From Isurus oxyrinchus (taxonomy: Eukaryota), in contig JANJGN010000159.1 of NCBI GenBank assembly GCA_026770705.1, positions 992,001 through 1,056,000 of the forward strand: DNA of 64,000 nucleotides. The letters run 5' to 3'. The notes beneath the pieces are model-generated. The model was not told the origin of the DNA. It searched no databases and worked only from the letters and a program-made list of their open reading frames with translations. Both the position numbers and the translations under genes were made by a program. Positions 26,356 through 39,965 of the stretch are shown here, piece after piece (the first letter of the stretch is position 1; each line of letters begins with the position of its first letter).

Positions 26356-27569
26356 TATAATTTTTAAGGAAAATTACCATGAATGAAATACACTGATATG
26401 CATCAGAATTGTTTTAATATTAAACCCTGTTATATTATCTCTCGAACTTCCTTCAGCTTTATAACCCTGCAAGAACTCTGTGTTCCAACAACTCTGGCCT
26501 CTTGTGCACACCTCACTCACTTAGCCCTATGAATGCTGCAGAACTTTCAGCTCTCTTAGCCCCAAGCTCTGGAATTCCCTCCCTAAACCTCTTCAAGTCT
26601 TTCTCCACTTTTAAGAGACTCCTGAAAACCTATCTCATTGTCCAACTCTAAATATTTCCTCATGTTACTCAGTGTCAATTTTTAATTGATAACTGCCCCA
26701 GTGAAATACCATGGGATGTTTCATTATGCTGGAGTAGCTATATAAATGCAAGGAAACTCCCAGTCTGAAAGTCTATGCGCTGAAGGGATGGTGTATTATC
26801 ACTAATATTCTGTTTGGGCAGATTAGGTACTGGAGAGCGAATATGAAGAAGAAAGAGAAGATAATGAGATTGTATAATCATTTATTCAGTTTTATTTACT
26901 AAAAGGAAAGGGCAGATCCAATTTGATCTCGATGCATTTATAATGAAATGTGTTCAATTTCAACATTAAAGTTGTTCTGGGAAATTGAGCTGTGCTCTAC
27001 CGAGTGTCTGGAGCAAAAGAAGACAGTCTAATAAGTGAGACTTCAGGAGAAATTAGTGTGGAGAGACCTCTGGCTTCAATGGCACATTATATCTGATTGC
27101 TTGTAAAAGACTTGAGGTGAAAAACAATGTGCTCCCTGTCAAGAATGTAATAAGGATTCGGCTTCCAAGTGTGACCATGGTAAGCGAAAGAGCAGTTCAA
27201 TTTTATTTTACAAATGAAATGTCAGTCATGGGGCTGCAAGTTTTCCCTTTCCTTAACATAATGTATCTTGTTAGTTTGACAAGCAGTAACTGTTGTGGTA
27301 TATTTAGTTTTAACTGTTGCATTATATATAGAGTCACAATGGGAGACAGTGGTGCAGAGGGAAAATAATAAGTCATTTTATAACATTGTGACAGCCAATC
27401 TCTGAGCTGAGTAAGATTGGTACCACTATCCAGTGATCATTATCTCCTGCCTGGTCTACATGCTGTGCCCTTAAGTTCTACCTTCTTGTGGAGTGAACGT
27501 GAGAGAAAACAATGGGAGATTATGGAGGAAAAGCTAACTCTTCATTCGTAAGAACTGTACAACAATCTC

Positions 27570-28050
27570 TCATGTCCAACCCCTCTGTAAATTTGTACTC
27601 ATCTAAAGCTCTGCTGCCCATAGCCTAACTGGCACCAAATCCCATTCACCATCACCCGTGTGCTTACTGGCCTACAATGGTTTCCAGTTAAACAATCTCC
27701 TGATTTTAAAATTCTCATTCCCCTTGTTTTCAAGTCCTTCATGGCTTCGCTCCCTCCTTATCTCCGAAATCTCTACCCTCCTCCAATTCTGGCCTCCATC
27801 ACATCCCCGTTATTCACCGTGCCTTCAGTAGTTGGCCCTTTAGCTCTGGAAATCCCTCCCTAAGCCTTTCAGTATCCCTACCCCTCTCTCTGCCTTTAAG
27901 TTGTTCCTCAAAACCTACCTCCTTAATTCAGCTTTTCATCACCTGTCCAAATATTTTCTTATATGGCTCAGTGTCAAACTTTGCTTTACAATGCTCTTGT
28001 GGGGCACCTTACGATGTTTTATTATGTTAAAGTCATTACATAAATACGAG
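27570..28050 (+). mobile_element. L2-type LINE 3' fragment
   Basis: ITRVLTGLQWFPVKQSPDFKILIPLVFKS, an L2 C-terminal motif (LHWLPV..RI.FK). Confidence 0.8.
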
Positions 28051-28939
28051 TAGACTTTTAGGAACATAGGACTTAAAAGCAGGAGCAGGCCATTTGGCCC
28101 TTCGGACCTGCTGCCCCATTCAATAAGATCATGGCTGATCAGGTTGTGGTCTCAACTTCACTTTCCTGTCTGCCCCCCATAACCCTTGACTTCCTTGTCC
28201 ATCAAAAATATGTCTAACTCAGCCTTGAATAAATTCAATGTCCCAGCTCTCTGGGGAAGAGAATTCCACAGACTAACCACCCTCTGAGAGAAAAAAAATT
28301 CTCCTTGTCTCCATCTTAAAAGGGAGACATCTAATTCTTAGACTAGTTCTAGTCTCCCCCAGGAGAGGAAACATTCTTCCGGTATCCACCGGGATTTTTT
28401 TTACTGCAGATAAATCTCTCCTGCTTGGTTAGGGTGAGTATTTAGGAAGAGTGTTAGCTTTGCCCTGGTTGATTTTCACAAAGGCTATTCGACCTCTCAA
28501 TGCCTCAGCAAGAATTAACTCTCATTTTCACTTCAGCGAAATGTCTGGGTTCCCACCCCTTTGAAGTTTCTTCAGTGTTATTGCCTTTCCTTTTTCATGG
28601 GGGAATCTGCTGTTTGTGTTTCAGAGTGCCGTTCCTTCCCAGCCTGAAAGAAGCAGTCACAACAGGCAGCCAAGAAGCAGCAGAGCTCAGCATCTTCCTC
28701 TGAAGTAAGAGCATTGGTTTTTGTACCTAAAGGTAGATTTATTTTTTATGCCTGATTGGTGCTACTTGCAGTTAATTCCCAGGATTAAATGCAATACTTT
28801 CCTCTTTGATATTCATCAACACTCTGGGTGTTCTGCATGTTCTACCCCTGTTTGCCATAATTATTGCTAAAATTAGATGAATTCCTGCCCTCAAAAGCTA
28901 TTACAATCCAGTAACAAACTGCAAACCACATTGGCAATG

Positions 28940-29330
28940 TTTGTGTGTGACTCAGCTAATAGCATTCTTGCTTCTGAGTTGGGAAGGTTGTGGACATAAA
29001 TATCAAAGCTGGCACTTGTCTGCTGCTGTCTTTGGGGGATGAGAGGTTAAGTTGCAGTCTCTTGGGTAGATGTAAAAGATCCCATGGGACAACATTGAAG
29101 AAGAGCAGGGGAGTTCTCCCCGGTGTCCTGGCCAATATTTATCCCTCCATCAACATCACAAAAACAGGCTATCTGGTCATTATCACATTGCTATCTGTGG
29201 GATCTTGCTGTGCGCAGCTTGGCTGCTGCATTTCCTACAGTGCAACAGTGACTACACTTCAAAAAGTACTTCATTACAAGGCACCATGCCTGATGTTTGT
29301 GAAAGGTGCAGCAGAAATGAAAGTCTTTCA
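28940..29330 (+). mobile_element. Deu-domain SINE
   Basis: Well preserved core gaagagcaggggagttctccccggtgtcctggccaatatttatccctc. Confidence 0.85.
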
Positions 29331-29654
29331 GGGTCACGGCAGCTCATTCTGCAATCCAGAGATTTATCTGTTTGTGATAGGAAATAGGAAAGGAACTCAC
29401 TTAAAATGAGGGATAGTTAGAGTTACATCGGAGGTACAGCAGAGAAATAGGCCACTTGGCCCAACCAGTTCATGTTGGTGTATTTACGCTACTCGAGCCT
29501 CCTTCCAACCTGCTTCATCAACTCTATCAGCATAACATCCTACTCCATGTTCCCTCATATGCCCATCTCGCTTTCTCTTAAAAAAGCATCAATACTATTT
29601 GTCTCAAACACTCCCTGTGGGCAATGAGTTCCACATTCTTCACTAAATCTGTGT

Positions 29655-29940
29655 AGGAATGGCGGCATTGTTCCAAGCCAGGATGGTGTGTGGCTTGGAG
29701 GGGAACTTGCAGGTGATGGTGTTTCCATGCGTAGGCTGCCCTTGTCCTTCCAGGTGGTAGAGTTGTGGGTTTGGAAGGTGCTGTCGAAGGAGCCTTAGTG
29801 AATTGCTGCAGTGCATCTTGTGTATGGCACACACTGCTGCAACTGTGCGTCGGTGGTGGAGGAAGTGAATGTTGAAGGTGGTGAAAGGGGTGCCAATCAA
29901 ACGGGCTGCTTTGTCCTGGATAGTGTTGAGCTTCTTGATC
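29655..29940 (-). mobile_element. LINE family B fragment
   Basis: LHHRRTVAAVCAIHKMHCSNSLRLLRQHLPNP. Confidence 0.85.
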
Positions 29941-30470
29941 CATTATAGTTGCTGGGACAAGAATAACCTCAGGCCAAATTTTTTAATTGACATTTTTATT
30001 GAGATTCTCTTAAGAACATTCACAAGTTAAGCCTGAGGATGGGTCAGACTCCAGCGTTTGAACTCAGTCCATTGAGAATATGATTGTATCTCAAAACCCC
30101 CTAATGTTTTTCATTTCACTGCCTTATCTGGTAGATCACTCCAAATATTTATTTCCCACTGGGGTAACAATCTTTTTCCAAATCTACTTCATAGCTACTT
30201 TTCTCGAGTTAAATGAATGACCTTCTAGTAACATTTTGAGTTCACCTTTTCAGTGCTATTTAATATTTTATATACCCATGAGATCTCCTGTTAAGCTTCT
30301 CTCTGGCCAACAAGAGTTTAAATTTCTCTAGTATTTCATTGCGATTGTCTGACTGAGTATTTGGGATCAATGTTGCTGCACTTTTGTGCATTGTGTTCCA
30401 ACTCCCATAAGTTGTTTGAGAAGTGTGATGACCAGAAATAAATGTAGGGAAAACTGGTTCCACGTTCACT

Positions 30471-30941
30471 GGCCAGAATCTAATGCTGGTTCTGAGGCGG
30501 TGGGGGAGGGATTAAACAATTTGATGCCTCTGTTCAAAGGCACACAGTGTCTCATTGAGAGACCTGGCATCGGGAATTGGGATGCTTGCTGGGAGCCACC
30601 CCCGCCCCCTTCCTCTGGACCCCCCCGGCCTGTGACCCACTCTCCACAACCCCCAACCCGTGTCACTGACCTTACTCCACAATGAGCCCTGGTGAAGGCT
30701 CGAGTAAATTATCGGAAGCAGCCACCACTCCCAGTTGCTGCTGCCTAGTAACGGCTTGGATGGTGGGATTTCCACCCATATGAGGGACATCCTGCAATTA
30801 CACGTCCCTGGTAGAGCTAGAAGCTCCAGCAGCAGGGTCTCTGCTGCCAGTTAGGGACTTGATTCCCTCAGGGCTACTGGTTAGTGGGACTAGCACTAGT
30901 TTTGGTGGCTGATGTCAGGGCCCCCTTCATTAAATTTTGTC
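30471..30941. mobile_element. Degenerate Harbinger-type non-autonomous element
   Basis: Starts ggccagaatc. Internal motifs resemble 34777-35516. Right end aaattttgtc is degenerate. Confidence 0.45.
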
Positions 30942-31979
30942 ATTAGTGTTCAAAGGAAGCAAGAATCAGATGTGGCCTGCAACGCTGTAACCCTGAGTCT
31001 TGGGTTGATGGGCAGAGAGCTAGTGAGTGTCTAAGACAGTTATCCTGGTGTTCCAAGTATGTGCTTTATAAAACCTCAGCAGAACCTCTGTCGACTGATC
31101 CTCCACTCCTTTAGCTACATGTCCCTTTTTAAATTTTGTTTTCAATTGCTTCTCCATGTTGGCTTGACATTTGAAAGTGTCATGTTTTGGGCAAGTTGTT
31201 CTTGACCATTTTAGCTCCTCAGATATCAATGGGATCCCAGTGTTGTTTTCAATCAGAGGGTTGCGCTTGCTCTGACAATTGTTGTGTTGAATAATCACTA
31301 CACACAGTTCAAGCAATTTTCAGTTAGGAGAGCAACAGTTTACTCTTGCTCCTGAGCCCTGAAAGTCAGCACCTGCAATGTCCAATGCTCTGCACCCCTC
31401 CCCCACCCCCAGAATTGTCTCTCATAAAATGACACAGGAGGAGGCTATTCAGCCCATTAAGCCCATGCTGGTCCTCCTCACACCATTTTAACTTGCCTGC
31501 ACTGGTTGGGCCTCCCTTGCTCTCTCCATAAAACTTCACCCCTCTTCAACCATTAAACTGCAACAACGAATGGACAGCCTTACACTGGCACTGGGCAAGA
31601 TGCAGGATCACAACAGCAGCTTTCTTCCCTGTGCACAATGGAGTTAGTCACATGACAATTTACCCCAGTGTATTTCTGTCAAGGACACCTGATTATTGGC
31701 CATTGCCATATTGGCTTTGGATGTTCTTCAAGCATCAGGGCAACTCTCCTGAAGCAGGCGCTGGGCCGTGTGCATTAGGAAGTTGACTATCACTTGTTTT
31801 GGGCCCCTGAAGAAAATTAGACTTCCCTGAGCAGAGCAGGATTTTCTCACGCTCTCCCCAAGGTTTTCAGGCCAGTGGCAGCCGCGGTCCAAAAAAATGA
31901 CTGGTTTCATTTTTATTTTTAAATTCATGTAAACTCGTCTTCTTCCTTGCTCCTCGTCAATTTTGCCAACTACCATTGG

Positions 31980-32160
31980 CTCTCCTTCCCCTGTCCTCCA
32001 TTATTCATGTATCTTCTCTACTCCCTCTTCTGTCTCCTCCCTGTGTCCTCTCCTCCCTCCCCCTCTTCTCCTCTCTCCTCCATCTCTCCTCCCTCTGTCC
32101 TTTTTTGTTGTCCTCTCTCCTCTGTCTATCTTCTCTCACTGTCGTCTCTCCCCAGCATCT
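31980..32160. repeat. CT-rich low-complexity tract
   Basis: Directly visible; source of overlapping S/P/L-rich ORFs. Confidence 0.85.
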
Positions 32161-32375
32161 AGCCATGGATCTGGGCAGGTGAGGTGAATAGTCCAAAGCT
32201 GGTTTTCTGAGTGGGTGAGCTCCCTAGGCTGCAGGGGCAGTGGCAGCAATTCGCCAAACACATTTACGGGAGGCATGAGGACCCAATTTCAGGACGGTGT
32301 CAGGCATTCCTGGCTCTGCTTAAGCAATGCCAATTCTGGGCCTGCTTAACAGAGGCAGACATGTCTCTAAGCCTG

Positions 32376-32609
32376 AAACAAAAACAGAAAATGCTGGAAA
32401 AACTCAGCAGTCTAACAGCATTTTTGGAGAGAAAAACAGAGTTTACGTTTCAAGTCCGTATGACTCTTCAGCTCTGAAGAAGTCATACAGACTTGAAACA
32501 TTAACTCTGTTTCTCTCTCCACAGAGGCTGTTAGGCCTGCTGAGTTTTTCCAGCACTTTCTGTTTTGTTTCAGATTTCCAGCTTCCGCAGTATTTTGCAT
32601 TTATCTTAG
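32376..32609. mobile_element. Penelope-like pLTR inverted pair (hairpin insertion)
   Basis: About 95-bp arms inverted around ttcagctctgaa (about 32472). Exact 14-bp TSD tgtctctaagcctg at 32362-32375 and 32610-32623. Confidence 0.8.
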
Positions 32610-33240
32610 TGTCTCTAAGCCTGTTTGTCAGTAACTGTTAGCTGAGAATAAGTGCAGCAGCCTGCACCAACCTGAGTACAGTTCAGCCTGTGTGGTCCCC
32701 TAATGATAAATGCATTTCCAAACCAGCAGGTACCTTCAGAGCTCTCAAGTGTTCACAAGGACAGAGCAGCTCGGCAGAGCTGCAAAGATCCGCTTGCAGA
32801 GCGCCGGCAAGGACAAAACGCTTCTTCTGTCAGCATCTGTCAGTGGGAGTCCATTGCTGCTTCCTTGCAAGACTACACCTCTGGGACGAGTCCACTTGGC
32901 AGGGAGATGGGGTAAGATTCTAAATATAGTGCTGTGACCTTCAAGTTTCAACTGATTGTGCTAGTCTGCAGCTTTTGGTTAACTGTTTAATACCATGCAC
33001 CACCTTATATCTGCAAAGGTTATAGAGGCACAGTCATATTGCAATAGCAGCACTTCAACCTCAAATTCCCTTGGAAGTTTCGTCAGACCCCCTGGTGTCA
33101 CCAAAACTCCAAGACTTCCAAGCTTCCCTAAGCAAGGGTGAGAGAGATGAGTATTTAGTATTGACTCACCAAATGGACCCTGATTGGAGTGCTCCTGGGC
33201 CAAAGAATCTTCCTCTAAAGAGCAATCAATAAAATAACCT

Positions 33241-33990
33241 AAACAAAAACAAAAATACCTGGAAAAACTCAGCAGGTCTTGCAGCATCTGCAGAGAGGAG
33301 CACAGTTAACGTTTTGAGTCATGCCCACATGTCCGTCCTTGGCTTGTTGCATTGTTCCAGTGAAGCTCAACACAAACTGGAGGAACAGCACCTCATCTTC
33401 CGACTAGGCACTTTACAGCCTTCTGGACTGAATACTGAGTTCAACAATTTTAGATCATGAACTCCATCCCCACCCCCTTTCCGATCCCCCCCTTTTTCCA
33501 ATAATTTATATAGATTTTTCTTTTCCCACCTATTTCCATTATCTTTAAATGTATTTCCATCCATTGTTTTATCTCTACCTTTTAGCATTTTTTGATTTCT
33601 TCACCCCACCCCACCCCCACTAGGGCTATCTGTACCTTGCTTGTCCTGCTTTCTACCCTTAATTAGCACATTCCTTAGATAATATCACCACCTTCAACAC
33701 CTCTTTGTCCTTTTGTCTGTGACATCTTTTGGTTATCTCCACTCATCACTGGCTCTACTTGTCCCACCGCCAGCCCCCCCACCACACCCCTCCTCCCCCC
33801 TCCTCCAAAACCAGCTTATATTTCACCTCTCTTCTATTTTGACTTACTTCTGTTGAAGGATCATTCGGACGCGAAACGTTAACTGTGTTCCTCTCCACAG
33901 ATGCTGCCAAACCTGATGAGTTTTTCCAGGTATTTTTGTTTTTGTTTTTGTTTTGGATTTCTAACATCCACAGTTTTTTGCTTTTATATT
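33241..33990 (+). mobile_element. 5'-truncated Penelope-like element: inverted partial pLTR, GIY-YIG C-terminus, 3' pLTR
   Basis: Translation AHMSVLGLLHCSSEAQHKLEEQHLIFRLGTLQPSGLNTEFNNFRS* (about 33323-33460). 33241-33320 is an inverted copy of about 33870-33950. Imperfect TSD aataaaataacct/aataaaaataatct. Confidence 0.85.
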
Positions 33991-34776
33991 ATAATAAAAA
34001 TAATCTAGTTCAGCTCTCCCCTTACGCGGAGTGCCATGACGGAGGAGGCACACGGTGGGGTGTAGGCCGAGGCACCTCACTCCTCCACCTTACCTACTCA
34101 GCTGGAGACCAGGGGGCTGGGTGATCCAGCGAGATGTAGGCATGCCCACCTGCTGATGCCACTTATGTTCACCCCATGAGCCCTCAGGATGAGGGGCAGT
34201 GTGTGCACTCCCTGTCTGCACCTGCCCTTGCAGCACCCCCCACCCCTCCCTCCCCGAGACAGTACCAGTGGATTTCTGAGGCCTTAGAGTTCCTTTCTTG
34301 GCCTCAGCTCATTATCATAATTATGCGCAGCTCTGAGGGTAGATTAGGGTTGCAAAGGAATGCAGAAGCGGTGAGTGTGAGAAATTGAACACAGGCAAAA
34401 TGTACAGTGATTTGAATAGTTAAAGGAAAGTGGCAGAACTGGGTGCAAAAATCCTTACAACAACAACAACAATTCATATAGTGCCGCTAACATACCCAGG
34501 CGCTTCACAGGAGCAGTAACTGGGCAATATTGGATGTCCAACCACGCATTAGCCCAGGTGGTTAAAAGCTTGCTCAAAGAGGTGGGATTTAAGGCATGCC
34601 TTAAAGGAAGAAAGCAAGGTGAAGAGGCAGGGAATTCCAGGGCTTTGGGCCTAGGCAGTCGAGGGCACAGCTGCCATAGATGGAGCGATGAGAATTGGGG
34701 ATGCTTAACATGTCAGAATTGGAGAGGTGCAGAGACCTCAGAGAGCTGTAGGTCTGGAGGAGGTTACAGAGATAGT

Positions 34777-35516
34777 GACTAGGATTTTACAGGGCACCAG
34801 TGAGTGGCTGAGAGATGGGAGTTTGGTTGGGACAAAGGGGGTCATGGGGGCGCAAAAAATCAGATTGGACGGTGGGGATTGGCGTGCCTGTGCCTCCCCA
34901 CTACTGATGGCATTTTACCAGTGGTGGGAAAGATGGTGGACCTCCCTTAATTAGCCAATTAAGGGCCTGTTAAGGGCTTCTTCCTGCCACTGCTAGCGTT
35001 TTACCAGCAGTGAATGGGCCCTGCACCATATGGGGAGACTGCCAGGTATGTCCTGGTGGGATTGGTGGAGGGGGGGACCCACATGATCGGGCACCTTGTG
35101 ACCCACAGAGGAGGCCCTTGGCAGTAAGGGTCGCACCCCCACACTCCCCCTCCCACAACCACAACCCCCGCACCCCCCCCCCACCTCCACTGACCTCCCC
35201 AGAAACACCCAATCCCTGTCCTCACCAATCATTTATCCTCCTGCCAGGGCCTGCGTGACTGGCCCCTGTGATCCCCGACTCCATGCATCTTGGTTCTCGG
35301 GTGGCATCCATGATGCCTTTCTGGGCCAGGTGCAGTACCAGCAGCGGCCACCGCTCCTGGTGGCGCTGCTGGAACTGAAGAGCTATCAACCCTCCAATTG
35401 GCCTGTAGCTCTTGAAGATGGGGTACCCTGGTGCCTGGCTATTCCCTGATTGGCGTACAATTGAGTGAGGAGGCCCAGAACCAGTTGTGTCAGGGTGGCC
35501 CTGTAAAATCCTGGAC
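34777..35516. mobile_element. GC-rich non-autonomous Harbinger-type element (740 bp) inside an L2 fragment
   Basis: About 22-bp TIRs gactaggattttacagggcacc and ggtggccctgtaaaatcctggac. TSD agt/agg (one mismatch). L2 flanks rejoin. Confidence 0.75.
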
Positions 35517-36423
35517 AGGGAAGGCGTGGAACCATGGGTGGATTTGATAACAAGGTAAAATTCAGGTATTGTGGGACCTGGAGCTGCTGTGGGTCAACAA
35601 GCACAGAAATGATGGACAAATGGGATCTTACTGTGTTCTTTAAGCTGCCATCCAGATGCAGCTGATGAGCATCAGCTCTCGTTTTCTGGACATTGAATAA
35701 CACTGAGCTGCCTGTACAAACATCATCAGGAAACTGTGTGAGGGACAATCTCCCCATAATTTAAATACTTTTGTGTATCTCCCACCAGTTTCAGGCAGGT
35801 TACATAAATCTCCACAAACTACATCCACTGAATCTTATGACTGTGAGTCCAGATGACCTGATCATATAGTCAGCTCCCATGAGGGAAGTGGGAGCCATTA
35901 GTTCAATCAATTAATGCTGGATCAGTCAACATTTAAACTAAAAAGGGATTGAAAGTTGCGCAGGATAAATATAGTTAGAGATAATTTCACGTGGAGCCTG
36001 AAGTGATTTTAGAAATGTCATGCCAAGTAAGACAGCTGCTGACGGGTGACTATTAGAGTGTACAGTCAGAGGTCTATTTTGGGCTTTTGCTTGAGTCATT
36101 TTTGGCGTTTCTTCTTTCTAAACTGTGCTGGCACAAAATCCACAAGGAGCGTATGGTTTGAATAAATTAATCGCAGCTGCAGGGAGATACTTCAATTGAC
36201 ATGAGCGACACTGAAGGGAAAGGACAAAAATTAGCTCACCCCTTCCCCACCCCTCTGGCACCAATTCGTGCTGGAGAGCCGATAGATGTTGTTTTTGAAA
36301 GATGACAGGTGGGTTAGGTTTCCATGTGTGATACCCCCATTGTAAGTACGCTCGAGTCTGACAACCAATATTTACAGTTTGCAATGCAATCTTCTTATCA
36401 TGTGACTCTTTCACACTCCAAAC

Positions 36424-37175
36424 TGCCGGGATTTTGTCAGGCTGACTTGATGGGGGCCTCATCCACCAGTCGGAGAACCCGTGGACAACCCCCATCAGTC
36501 CCATGAGGGAGGTCCCAGTGGAATCCAGTGCCCTTCAGGCACTTTTGTGGCCACTATTGGGCCATCCCTGTGATTGAGGTCCCCTAAGGCGGAAGTCCCG
36601 CCCGCCAAGAGCTACAGGCCGATCAGAGCCAGCAGCTCCTCAGGCCACAGGCATGAGTTGGAGCGGTAGCAGCTGGTGACACTACGCCCGCCATAGGCCC
36701 AGAAATGTTGTGGGAACCCAGGCCAAAGGTGGTCAAGGGCAGGATCTAGGTCACGGGATAGGGGGTGGGAGGCAAGGATAGGGGATTAGCTTTTGGCGCC
36801 ACCCCTCACCCGAAGCTGGGTCCCTTGATTGGGTACAGATTGCCTGGCTATGAGGGAGACCCCCGTGCCCCAGGATGTCACTGGCTAACCTGACACAGTT
36901 TGTTGGGTTACCTTCCAAGGATGCGAGAAAGCTGCGCAGTTCCCACTTAATCCCTGAGCCACGACTAAATTGTGGTGAGCTCGGGGATAATGGGTGTGAA
37001 TTGACTCATTAATGAGTGTAATTGACATCCCGCTGGCAGTGGACAGGAATCCTCTTCCGCACTCTGATTTAATCGGGGAAGGTTTTGGCGCCGCTGGGAG
37101 ACTGACGCGGGGCCTCTCCCACAATTAAATGGGCCCGGCTGCCTTGTGCTGCAATTAGCTGCATTAAATCCAGTT
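36424..37175. mobile_element. GC-rich non-autonomous DNA element, probably Harbinger-type
   Basis: Degenerate ends tgccgggatttt and taaatccagtt. GC/CpG-rich interior contrasts with the flanks. TSD not resolved. Confidence 0.5.
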
Positions 37176-37806
37176 GACAATGCAGCCAACATACAGAGAA
37201 ATTAATATAATCATCTCATTCCTCCTCTGGAGGGAAACACAATCTTTATCAATCCTTTTGATCCTAACTCTCTCTATAAATTGTTACAGAAAACACAAGA
37301 TCTTTATAGGCTTCCAGTCATGTGCATTGCCCTTGCTGCTTCATTACTGGCCTGGCTCGTGTTATTGTGAGCCAGGGCCCCAGAAATGAGAGAGTAGCTT
37401 CAAACTTTTGATGGTCAGTTGGTTTACCATCTACAGAATGTAGCCAGTTATCCTGAGCTCATTGTACCAGTTCCTATCTCAGGACTGTGTTGGCTCACTC
37501 CTTTTACAAAGGGGAGACAAAGGTGAGCCAGTAAGGCACAAATAACACATCCTGCACCTCCACAGAAGCTAAACAGAATGATCAGCAAAATTGTACCTAA
37601 CACATTAAAACATAAAGTTTCCTGGGAATGAACAACTTTCTATATTTTATTAATTCTAGTTTCTGTGCAAGTCCACAAGACATTTATAAGCAACAATAAA
37701 GCAAAAACTATTCATATAAAATTAAACAAAAGCCTAACTCTTTGTATGTATGTGCGTGTACACATCTAGTGTATCTTACAACATGGTCAAGCCCTGACAC
37801 TACTGA

Positions 37807-37838
37807 CACACACACACACACACACACACATGCACACA
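37807..37838. repeat. (CA)n microsatellite
   Basis: Directly visible. Confidence 0.95.
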
Positions 37839-39479
37839 AAGTCTGGCCTTTTGCCAGGCGTTTTAGAGTTTACTCTGTTTGTGGAACCATACCCAGCAGC
37901 ATCTATTGTGTTTTAATGAGAGGAGGATGTAAACTGAAGGAGCACAAACAAATTAAATGTGCTTTGCACTACAGAAATGTGCCATTCAAATTGTGCCTCT
38001 TAACTCCATGGAATTATTCATCTGGCCATGTTTGTTTACTCCCTTCTCCTAATATTTGGTGTGCTGGTTGAGTGAATTATGCAACCTTCTTTATCAGAAG
38101 CTTTTGTATTGAAAAGGGGGAGAGGATGGAGAGGATTTCTATGTGTTCTGTTTACATTTCTCCATTCTGTTGTAGGAGGAGAGACACACCTGTAGGACTT
38201 AATCCTCTGAATGTTTAGTATGTATTCCGAGCTACTTAGAAGTATTATATTCTTATTGTTGAAAAATATATTGAAAATGGTTAATATAATAAGCTATATA
38301 GTTACGCCATTTGCTGAATGCAGAGAATCAGATGGGTGTCTGAGTTCACTCATGGCCCCATATCCTTTTCTTTCATTCTAATTATAGAAGCTTATTCTTT
38401 AACCAGTCTGCTAAAATATTTGGTAGAGGAGAAAGGCAAAGAAATAAGATTGCCTTTATATATTTAGCACCTCTCATGCTGCCCTTCCCCCACCTGAGAT
38501 GTTCCAAAATATTTAAAACCAGTGAGTGGCTTTTGAATTTAATCTGATAATGCTCCTGTGAAGCGACTTAGGATATTTTACTGAACTTGCTATATAAATG
38601 CAAGTTGTTGTATCATCACTGTTGGTTCCCCCCACCCCCCCACCACTGGAGCCAATTTGTGCACAGCAAGATTCCAGTAATTGAGGTAAAATATCAGCAA
38701 ATCCTTTTGGGTGGTGTTGATTGAATGATGAATCTTGGCCAGGATACCATGACAATGCCACACTCTTCTTCAAATTGTGGCATGGGGTCTCTTCCACTCA
38801 CCTGAGCCCAGGCAGAAAGAGCTATAGTCTCACAATAATTCCCAAAGACAGCAATTCCTTCACTACTGCAATGAAGTGTCCACTTAGATTAGTGCAACAA
38901 CAGCTTGCAGTTGAATCGTGCTCTTGACATGGAAAGAGATATCTCAGAGTGCTTAACAATAAAGTGCTTGAGACTGATATTCTTTATAAAAAGTTGTTGA
39001 TGGAAAATACACATGAATAGATTGATCCCATCACAGAAAATCAGCTCGGCTGATATTGACTCATGGGCTAACAGTTCTGTAAAGGAAGAAGACTAAAAAA
39101 CAGTATTTATATAGAGCCATGTGATCTTCTATCTCTGCCTGAGCAGACAGAGGAGCCTCAGTTTAACCACTCAATGGAAATAAGGGCAGCTCCAGCAGTG
39201 CAGCATTGCCTCAGTAATGCACTGGGATGTCAGTCTAGATCAGGGTTCAGCAAACTTATTAACTAGAGGAGTGCAACTAGCTCATTTTGGTGAGAATTAC
39301 ACTGTAGCTCATAGACAGGAACATCTTACCTAATGTTGATTGGCAAATTCATTGTACATTTACGAAATTGGATTTTTAAAAATGCTTCCCTTTGTATGGT
39401 TGGTATCGATGCATTTCTGAACTGTGTAAAGTTTAGCTAGCTCCAACGTTATGGGCACAGAAATATCATTTTTATCTTA

Positions 39480-39965
39480 TTGGACTAATGATCTAGGCAC
39501 ATGAGTTCAAACCCACCAAAGCAGCCGTGAAATTTAAATTTCATTAATTAAATAAATCTAGAGTGAAAAGCTAGTGTCAGTGATAGTGACAGTGATGGGG
39601 AGATGGTAGCATAGTGGTAATGGCACAAGTATTAGTAACCCAGAAGCTCTGGATAACGCTCTGGGTACATGAGTTCAAATCCCACCCTGGCATCTGGTAG
39701 AATTTAAATTCAATTAATCAATTTGAAATTGAAAGGACAGTGACTGTGAAACTATTGACAATTTTCGTAAAAACCCATCTGGTTCATTAATGTCCTTTAG
39801 GGAAGGAAATCTGCCATCCTTACCTGTTCTGGTCTGGCCTAGATGGACTCCAGACCCACAGCACTCTTAACTGCCCTCTGAAAGCCACCCAGCTCTAGGG
39901 CAATTGGGGATGGGCAACAAATGCTCGCCTTGTCAGTGAGGCCCACATCCCATGAAATAATAAAG
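39480..39965 (+). mobile_element. Two tandem or nested tRNA-SINE heads plus one body
   Basis: B-boxes gagttcaaaccc (about 39503) and gagttcaaatccc (about 39671), one shared tail. Confidence 0.8.
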
